Source of the DNA: Antedon mediterranea
Taxonomy: Eukaryota; Animalia; Echinodermata
Length of the DNA: 64,000 bases
Assembly: GCF_964355755.1 (NCBI RefSeq)
Contig: NC_092670.1
Span: 10,034,201-10,098,200, forward strand
Direction: 5' to 3'
Positions 54,459-64,000 of this stretch are shown here, in pieces. Under the pieces are notes generated by a model. It did not search any database. It saw nothing but the letters and a program-made list of their open reading frames with translations, and was not told the DNA's origin. Positions within the stretch are counted from its first letter, which is position 1; every line of letters starts with the position of its first letter. The position numbers and the translations under genes were made by a program.

Positions 54459-55186
54459 ATAAATATATTATTCGTGACACTTGTGAATGCGGCATAGTTT
54501 GTTAATAGTTCAACCGTGGCGTACGGTCTAGTTTTTTTAATACTTTGTAATAATTTAGGTTATTGATAGATATAGACAGTATTAGTTTCAAGATTAATTT
54601 GATAATGAAAAAAATATTGAATTAGTGTATGAGAGGAATGACACTGACTACAAGCGATGATCGTAATAAGATGGTTATATCAAGATGTCATTAGGTAAAG
54701 TGTGACTGACTATCGACAGTCATCTAGATACAAAAGTCCTAGGTATAGGTGTAATAAGCATGGTGACGATTAAATTATACATTCACATAATATACAGCAT
54801 CTAATTTATCACATGTGGAGCCTGTATCATGTAAGGTTAAGTTAAAGGTTAGGTTACTACACTAAATACACATGTGATCTATTACCAAATATTCCTATGA
54901 TACTTTGGAAATAGATACAGTACCGAGAATCGGCTGGTATAGACCTACTAAGCCGAAAGAAAGTTTTCGTTAAATAACCATTTATGCTGTCTTTGATAAA
55001 AATAATATTTTTAAAATTCCAATAAATTTACGTCATGATAAATATAAAATCGTTGTATTATCGTCATTTGATTGGACGTGTGAAAATATCATTTTCATAA
55101 AAGGAAGCATAGATGGTTATTCTATATTTCTGGAATAAAAATTGCTATTTATTTAATACTTTTTACATGAATTTTTTTCCATTTAG

Positions 55187-55761
55187 TTTCATCGCTTTTA
55201 TCGATTCCAATTTCCATATTTTCAACGGTTATGGATTTCAACGGAAGACATTACTGTGTTGAAGAGTTCCACGAACAAGGGTTGTTAGCGCACTACATTT
55301 ACGTTGTGTTCAGTACCTACATAATCCCGCTCTCCGTCCTCGTTGTCTGCAACGTCAACATGTTGCGTCAACTGTGGAAGACGCGGGAACAGCTCCGAGA
55401 CACAACATTAAGCCTGCACTCGATACAACAACGAAAGAAAGTTACCAAGATGATACTGCTGGTTGTTGTCTTTTTCTTTATTTGTTGGTTACCGATACAC
55501 GTGATAAATCTGTGGCAAAGACTCGGTAATAGTATCAACAATAACTTGGCCATTTCAAAGCTCAGGATTTTTGCTCTGACACTGGCGTACAGTAACTCGT
55601 GCGTAAACCCATTTGTGTACGCGTTCATGGGCGAGAATTTTCGCGCGTGTTTTAGAAGAGCATTCCCGATGTGTACAAAAGTGAACCGAGTGAGGAATAG
55701 TAGTATGTTATTAAACAACAATCGGACAAGAGAAACACAGGTACAAAAGGACACGGTTTAA
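55187..55761 (+). pseudogene. Orphan last exon of the KISS1R-like GPCR (exons 1-2 not duplicated)
   Basis: ORF differs from 22139-22669 by one residue (N to H); the duplication starts inside intron 2. Confidence 0.85.
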
Positions 55762-56982
55762 GCTATAAGATCTTAATACCTTTCCATTTCACGGAATGAA
55801 ATACATCGTTTTAGAAGCAGGTTGAATACAAAAACAGCGACGTTTCCGTTCCAAATAGAATAAGCGTTGAATGCAGAGATTTATTATGTCCTTCCGTAAC
55901 CTGAGTACGGTACCATACTGAATAACGACAAGTCGATTTTAATACTTTTTAATATATATATATATATGTATATATTTAAAAAAATGGCAACTAATAATAA
56001 TATCTTAAACTATCATCAATTTCTTTCTGACGAAGGAATAGTGTTTGCAGGCTCATAGGCCTAATTCTTGCTGATTCTTCATTTTCGCTTATTTTATTTT
56101 GCATTACCATTGCGATCCAATAGTGGCCGTATTATATTCACACAATTGAGATATTTCCCTAGTGTTTAATAAAATTATTATCACAATATCACTTTATAAA
56201 ATTGTGTGTAACGTCTCTGTCTACGGGTGACATGTCAACCACAAAATCCCGTGATTACGTTTCTATAATATATTTTTCCTGACAACTATTAAAATGAACA
56301 AAGTGCACCTTTTATAACATTCTGATGACTAGCTGTTTGCAGTAGGCTCTACTTTTGAATGAGCGCACTTGAGTGGTGTTAAAGACTACAATACAGTATC
56401 TTTAACTTCAACATGTGCGTGCTCTAAGCGATCGCATTACACTGTTTGTGTCGGACAATTACTCCGCGAAAAATATGTACAGGCTGTACGCGCGCCCTCT
56501 CTGAGGAGGATACAGAAGGTATCAGGTCAAGTCAGGTAGGGCTGTTGGTCCCGGTCTGTCTGGGCCTACTTATAGAGGATAATTATAATAAAAGCAAAAT
56601 TACCTTATTCTTTTAGTTAGGTGGCCTTGCAATAACTCTAGGCTAGCATAGGCCTACTTTACTTAAGTAAGTTGTATATAGGCCTACACTATTCTAAGAG
56701 GGGAAGTAGGCCCTACGGTCGCGTCTGAAATCGGTCGCGTTTGAAATCGGTCGCGATAAAATCAACTTCCGGTATTTTGTATGGCGCGCCGCTAGAGCTA
56801 TATTTAATTGATATTTTTTAGGAACTAGATTATTTATGTGGATATTTTTTACTTGGTTAATAAATATTTATTATCAATCATTAAATTATTTTTTTTAAAT
56901 ATTTCACAGGTCTCGGAGAAGGACTGCGTCTTTTCAAAATGGCCATTTCTAAAACACGTTTAAATATTATATTAGGCATTAA

Positions 56983-59900
56983 TAGGCTATGGGGCATGCC
57001 CTTCTATCGTTTCATTTCGTGATCCCCTATCGGAGGGGAGAATAAAATTGCTATGACAATTATAACAAAAATATAGATAACCTTAAACTGGCCGGTCCCG
57101 CTTGTAAATTTTACGCGTCAACGAAATATGTTTGTTTTTATATGTATTTTATTGCGATGTAGAAGATTTGTGTAGGTCAGTACAGGTCGCACAATTGACC
57201 AATCAAAAAATTTGTCTTTTAACTCATGGAGCTGTGCAACAGTAACTGTCCAATCAGATTCCCTTACACAGCGGGATAGGCTACTAGACGATCGTAAACA
57301 AACATGTGTTGTTCTTCTGGAGCGCGGAGCAGGAAGATGTCATCTTCTGATGATCAAAAACGTTGTTATTGACACAATACATCTAATTCTCGGACAATAT
57401 TAACATTCACAGAAACCAAATGGAAAACTTTTTTAATGTGTACAAAAAGTTGGTGCAATCTAAGCGGCAATCAAAAGGAGTTTTGTAGCCGCAAATCCTT
57501 TTGAAAATATTTAGAGGAGCTTACCAATACTTGTTACCAATTCCTGGCGACGCTGGATGTCATAAAATGATGCTATCAATATTTCACTGATTGTAGCAAA
57601 CAAAGGCGAGCAGTAAAATATGAAATAGAGGATGTTAATTCATCCAACAATGAAGAAGGTAAATTCTATTTGTTTTAATGATAGGTCTAGCCTAGGCCCC
57701 TAGCTAGTAGGCCTAGTAATTAGTTCATATCATATCTGCCTTGCTAAAAAAAGCCTAGCTAGGTAGGTTGGCGGTGGGTAGTCTACAAAGTTTATTTTTT
57801 TAATATGTATTAAGCCTACGTAGAGTAGGCTAGGCCTAGTATATAATTTTTTTTAAATATCTGGGCCAACAAAAATGAACCCATAATTACAATATGAATT
57901 AGGCCTAGCTAGGGTGGCCCCAGTATTATTGTGTAGTGGACCTAGTTTGATGGTAGGCCTACCTCCATCTTGGGAAAAAACATTTGCATTTTATTATTCA
58001 ATGTGGTAATGCATGCAAACCTTGGCTTGGTAGCCTCAGGCAAGGAGAGAATAGACCAACCTGATGCTTTATGTTGTTATTTGAGACATATTATTTGAAT
58101 TATTGTACTGCAATATTAAATAGTGTATAGATGAACTGATTATATTATTATATTTATTACACAAACATTTAGAATCATAAATATTAATTAGTATTCTTTT
58201 TTTTTACTGAAGAATTTCAAGGATTAGAGTCAACAGAAGAGTCAACAGCAGAACCTGTTACTAAACGAAGGAGAGTTCTGCGATCACATGTAGCAATTAC
58301 ACAAACTGCATAAAAAATGCTGAACGAAGTCGAAGAGCAGCCATCGGCTCACAAACAATTAAAATACCAAAAGCCGAACAGCAAATTCCAGAACAGTTGA
58401 AAACATTTTTATCTGCATCTGCTAATCAAGTTCTTCTTTCAGATATGAAGCATGTGTGAAGCAGATCACCTCAAGGGAATAAATGTATTCATAACATCAT
58501 CATTATTATGCCATTCTATTTCAGAATCAAATGGAAAAGTTTTAATCAAGAAGAGGCAGACACCAGAATGTTTCTGTATGCGAAGTATGCTGCACACCAT
58601 GGTGGTAAAGATATTGTTACAATCAGCCCTGACACTGATGATGTTTTTATTATTGGATTGGCATTTTGCAAAAGTCTGCATGGCTCTCACCTATATTTCA
58701 ATACTGGAAAAGATGCTAATCTCCGAACAATTCATCTGCAGGCTATTCAGGAACATATTGGAAATGATGTTTCAAATGCATTAATTAGACTACATTGCTT
58801 CACAGGATGCGATTCAGTCAGCGCTTTTTTTGGGAACGGTAAAGTGAAGGCAATGAAACTCGTAATGGAAAACTCTAATTTATGCATTCTTTTTATTGGG
58901 CAATTCTACCAGCGAACTTTCAGATGAATTACTTTGTGATCTAGAAACATTTGTATGTAGGCTGTATGGTCAGCAACCTGCTCTACACAGCATTCTCGAA
59001 TTGTCATCCTGGTCATGTAAAAAGTCAAAATGCAATGAAGGGGTTGCAAATGAAAAATGCTGTGTATCCTTAGGATTCTCTTGTACAGAATTATGCTCCT
59101 GCAAAAACTGTAACAATCTTCTTCATACATCAGATGTTTGAAATTGATGGAGATGATAGCGATGATGAGGAAGAGGGAGATGAATTTGAGCAGGAAGAAC
59201 TTTTTAGTGTAGTTTAAGTGTAATTTATGGTTTACAAATGTTCATTTTACTTGGTCTACATGATTTTAATGTAATAGGCCTATAATATGTGAATTTAGGT
59301 TAAACTATTTTGTAACTTAACTATTTTGTAACGTAACGGATGAACCATGAGAAAGTATAAATAAAGAACCCATGAGATGATAAGCAATATTAAGACACAG
59401 GAGTATTATAAGAAACTTTCTACTTTGATGTTTACAATACATTAATATGCCTATAATATGTAAATTTATATTAAACTATTTTGTAACTTAACTATTTTGT
59501 AACGTAACGGATGAACCATGAGAAAGTATAAAATAAAAACCCATGAGATGATAAGCGATATTAAGACACAGGAGTATTATAAGAAACTTTCTACTTTAAT
59601 GTTTACATTTTTTTCTATAGTTTGGTGTACATGTAAATTTATATTAAACTGTTTTGTAACTTAACTACAGTATTTTGTAACGTAACGGATGAACCATGAG
59701 AAAGTATAAAATAAAGAACCCATGAGATGATAAGCAATATTAAGAAACAGGAGTATTATAAGAAACTTTGCTGTAATAATTTCATTTATTTGTTACTAAT
59801 TGATTATAATTCTATGTTATACATCTACAATGAAAACAATAATGCAACATTTGATTTATTACTAATTGATTATAATTCTATGTTATGCATCCAATGAAAA

Positions 59901-60398
59901 CAAAAAGTTGCAATTATATAGGAGAGATAATATTAATAAATATTTTGTGACAGCATAGTCATGAATTATAAAGATTGAAAATGCATCTTCTTTTCAGTGT
60001 GCTTAAATAAATATTAATTAAGGTTTACTAACAGATACATTTCTTACAAGGACTACAATATTAATGTCAAAATTATGATAAAAATATTGCATGTTAAATG
60101 TGAAAGAAAGATACAGTATAAGTTATTCCAATGGAACGATTGTATTTTATCCAGTAATAACACTAACAGAAAATATACAAAATAGAGGGCGCTATTTCTA
60201 TGTATTTCTTTATGTTGAGAAATTCGATTTTTTTACACCTAAAATTACACTTATTGCGTAACTTTTGAAAGCGGGACCGGCTGAATTTGTGTTAATCTAA
60301 TTATTAACTATAAACTGTGTGAATATCTTCCTCCCCCCCGTTAGGAGATCACGAAATTCGTTTTCTAGGCCTCTTTTTGGCTCATGCCCCATAGCCTA
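56983..60398 (+). mobile_element. Academ-like (XPG-nuclease type) DNA transposon, internally deleted and degenerate
   Basis: Termini TAGgctatggggcatg / catgccccatagcCTA with ~130-bp imperfect TIRs; TAA on both flanks; absent from the paralogous site at ~23888. Coding remnants EEADTRM, SPDTD, HCFTGCDSVSAFFGNGK, ETFVCRLYG and a Cys-rich C-terminus. Confidence 0.8.
59279..59770. repeat. About 170-bp tandem repeat x3 inside the Academ-like element
   Basis: gtaacgtaacggatgaaccatgagaaagtataaa occurs three times. Confidence 0.9.
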
Positions 60399-62059
60399 TA
60401 ATGTTATATTAGGCATATAATAATTTACCTCTATTTATATGTACTGTAATTAATATATTATTATATAGAGAATATACGTCTGTCGTGTCTTTTATTATGC
60501 AATGCAGCAAACAATTACGTAAAAGAGAACAATTTATTTAAAAACAATAATTTTTACAATATAGCCCGTAAAGCCAGCGTATCCATTTTTATACTTATGC
60601 ATACTGTGCCAGATTATATCATATCCATGTCGTACTATTCGATCACCTTATTTTATTTCTATTTTATTTCTATCCGTTATGTAGGATAATATTAAGTGTA
60701 TAATGATTATAGGTCTTTTGTTATTTAAACTTTGACCCTTGGCTTGTGTTATTTAATTAGTTGTTTTTTAAAAATTTTATTCATTGGACTTGATAATGAC
60801 TCCATGATGTAGTCGAAACATCGTTCTTTTTTTAAGCGTTATTTTTCTATTATGTATTTATATTGATTATTGTTGAGGCAAATCACGTGTATATTTTTAT
60901 TTCTAATGTTTCAAATAGTTTTTAGTAAAATGATCATTATATGCGGATGGTTAAAAGGCGAGTTACTGAAATAAACCCCCGAATAAGCCATATTGTGGAG
61001 ATGCGCCTTCTATGATCGTGCAGCTGTTTCCCCTAACAATACATTTTATTTGGCTGACGGGGTTTCCCCATTTTTAAAAAACATGCACTTGTTAGTGTTA
61101 AATCATGGACAAAACACGTACGATCGTTGTCCATGGCGAGGTAAAGATGACGTCTATTACGAATAACCATACGTTTAAAACGTCTATAGGCCTCCTGCAT
61201 GTGTTTTTGTGAAACGATCCAATGAGCTATAGATGCTCGACGCGATTATGAGATCATGTTCATTCATTCATTCATTCTTTATTTAGCCTCTAAAATCGAA
61301 ATATTAAAACGTAGGTAACAAAATCAAGACACGTGGAAATCTAAGGAGGCAAGGATAAGCAAAAGCAATTAAAATCGCTGTAGCTCACAGGCTTGCTTAT
61401 CCATAATAATTCCGAATAATACACTGTTTCTATAATTTGACAGTATGATTTATATATAATTTACGTATATACGTCGGCGATAGGCCTACTATAGATTTTA
61501 ATTTGAATATCTTTTATTTCTTCATTTATAATAATCATCCGGCTCGATCCATACAAAATAGCGCGACCGATTTCAAACGCGACTGATTTCAAAAGGCACT
61601 CTTTTTCGGGCCTCCGTCCCTCGTAACCTAAATTAAAACAGCATTACATTGTGAGACTCGGGCACTACCCATTATTGACCATTCAGCCATCTAACCGGAT
61701 TACAATGCATTGATATAAAACATTAGTACAATAGCCATAGAGGGCGCTATATAGGATCTACAGTACGACTAGGTGTAGAGAGGCAGACAGTTCGTATTTA
61801 GTAAAGGCCTACTTTATACCAGGGAGTTGTAACTCCCTGTCTATACTAGAGTGGTATAGGCTCACAAGTTTATTAATATTTGTTATATGTTTTTAATCAG
61901 ATTATTTTTTTATTTCTCTCATTTTTTTACAGCATAGTCAATGCATGGAGTAAAGGTCAATGGTTACACCATGCTATACATGACATCAAAATACATCTTT
62001 ATTATAATTAATTGAGGATCTTTTGTTAGTTGACGTATTATGACACGAAAGTTGTAAAG

Positions 62060-62244
62060 ATGTCAAGGGTATTGTTGATTGAGGCGTTCTATGCTGGCTC
62101 CCACTCTCAGTTGATCGACACTCTTGAGAAAGGCCTAGAAGGATGCGCTGTCAAATACACTTTGCCAGGGAAGAAGTGGCATTGGAGAGCACGGACATCA
62201 GCTCTATATTTTTCCGAAGTAATTTCACCTAGCCAAGAATACAG
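62060..62244 (+). CDS. GTDC1: First coding exon of a second GTDC1/QTMAN-like copy (continues beyond the window)
   Basis: Same as 25546-25730 except Q to E; donor ag|gttaag. Confidence 0.8.
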
Positions 62245-63039
62245 GTTAAGAGTTGTGCATTATATTTTGACAGCAAAGGTCATAATCTTTATTTTTTTAT
62301 CAATACCCTTTCTGTTGTAATAACAGAGGTGCCAACTTCAAAAAGTAAAAATCGAGGAAACAATTTTGAAGATACCCAAACAATAAAGGTTACCATAAAA
62401 GTTGGAAAATATTCATCGGAATATAATAGAGGGCGCTATTAAAAACAATCATCAGCATTTGCATAATTAAAATATTTATTAAAATAGTATTGTATTTACC
62501 CTATATGCTATATGTAAAAGTACACCAGATATTCGCCTACCTGGGAAATTCTTTCCCACTTGGGGCAAATCCAATGTATATATATATATCCCGTATCAAT
62601 AATATAGTACTTGCTTATAATAGCCGTCTATATTGTCACCATGGCAAAACTGCCCTGATTTCAGGTTTCTCCCAACCATCTGCGCATGCCCCAGACGTCC
62701 ATATGTCATGCATACTAAATCAAGGCGCCCGTAGATGGTTGGTATGTTCAGGTCATTCATTCATTGGCCAGCCCCCTGGGGTCGATACTACAATATTAAA
62801 CAATGGATATGCCAGAGGTTACCGGACTCTGCAAACTGGGAAGATTTGTTACTAAAATCCAGTTTTACCTATATTTAACAAACAAGCTACTAGTAGAGTA
62901 GTAGTAACCTAAATATTAAATCATTCATTTAGATGTTTTTTCCATGTAATAATAATAATCTGGAGAAATTGTCCTTATTAGCAGGAAGTAAGAGATGACT
63001 CAAAATATCGGGGAACTGTAATAAACAATATTATTATAC

Positions 63040-64000
63040 AGATTATTACTTGACGAAGGTGTCCCACGCATTGATATTGTTGCACTGGACTATAGTCGTG
63101 CATTTGATTCCATTTCGCACTCTACAATGATTTCCAAACTGAAAAGAACCTATGGAATTGGTGGTTCCATGTTGCCTTGGTTGGAATCATTTTTAACTGA
63201 ACGTAAGCAACAAGTTGTTTTTAACGGAAAGATGTCCGGCAAGAGTTGCGTAATATCAGGGGTTCCTCAGGGGTCTGTGCTTGGACCCCTGTTATTTAAC
63301 ATATATGTTAATGATCTACATATGCACCTACGTGCAAAACCATATCAATATACAGAGACGACACTTGCATTGCTAAATGTATAATGACGGAGGAAGATAG
63401 TTTATCTCTGCAACAGGACATTGACACGATCTCCTGGTGGTCAGCACTTAATTCACTTTCCATTAACCCTAATAAATGTCAAGTGCTGTCATTGTCCAGA
63501 AAACGAGATCCCGTTGTTCCATCTTGCATTCTAAATGGACATGAACTCATGAACGTTAATGACATTACGTTACTTGGTGTGGTAATATCCCATAATTTGT
63601 CATGGGCACATCAGGTAGATAATGTAACTTTGAAATGCAATAGGATGTTAGGTTTTATACGATCAATTGCCACAGGTTGTTCTACATCTGTTTTACTTAA
63701 ACTTTATAAATGTCTTGTTCTTCCCCATATTCAATATTGCTCCCCTGTTTGGTATCCTTATCGTCAATGTCATATTAATAAGATAGAGAAAATTCAAAGA
63801 AGGGCAAGTCGATTTATCCTTCATCAACGAATCTTAGATCAGCCATATTCTGACCGATTAACTAGACTGAATTTGATGACAGCTGAATCAAATCGAGATT
63901 ATTTTACCGTTATTTTTGTTACAAATATATTGTATAAATTACAGAATAGTTTTATTTTAAATATGTTGACTATCAATTGTAGGCATTTGGATGTTCTAAC
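63040..64000 (+). mobile_element. Duplicate of the intronic CR1/L2 LINE
   Basis: Same RT motifs and frameshift as 26530-27490. Confidence 0.92.

Larger units (their letters stand above)
54469..64000 (+). repeat. Segmental duplication, copy 2 (of 21367-27490) plus a 3.4-kb insertion; runs off the window
   Basis: Colinear identity including GPCR exon 3, GTDC1 exon 1 and the LINE. Confidence 0.97.

Overview
AT-rich, intron-containing animal DNA. An invertebrate deuterostome such as an echinoderm is plausible from gene and repeat content, but this is inference. I found no prokaryote-type system and no CRISPR array. Genes: (1) an intact 3-exon kisspeptin-receptor-like (KISS1R/GPR54) GPCR on + (19434-22669); (2) a GTDC1/QTMAN-like glycosyltransferase on + (25546-32137) with an in-frame TAA and no 3' exons behind it; (3) an intact 5-exon gene for a secreted PAN/apple + fibrinogen-related-domain (FReD) protein on - (43901-35587). 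The window is a mosaic of segmental duplications. 21367-27490 recurs at 54469-64000, giving an orphan GPCR last exon and a second GTDC1 start. Pieces of 1-3600 recur at 45360-45820 and 50297-53545. Broken FReD and GTDC1 remnants lie at 1-9 kb. Comparing duplicates exposes empty versus filled sites for an Academ-like (XPG-type) transposon, a Helitron and a TTAA-target element. Also present: Harbinger elements with a Myb/SANT ORF, CR1/L2 LINE fragments, a 5S+tRNA double-headed SINE, several MITEs and a 3.3-kb 50-bp satellite with higher-order structure. All calls are by eye; family names need database confirmation.
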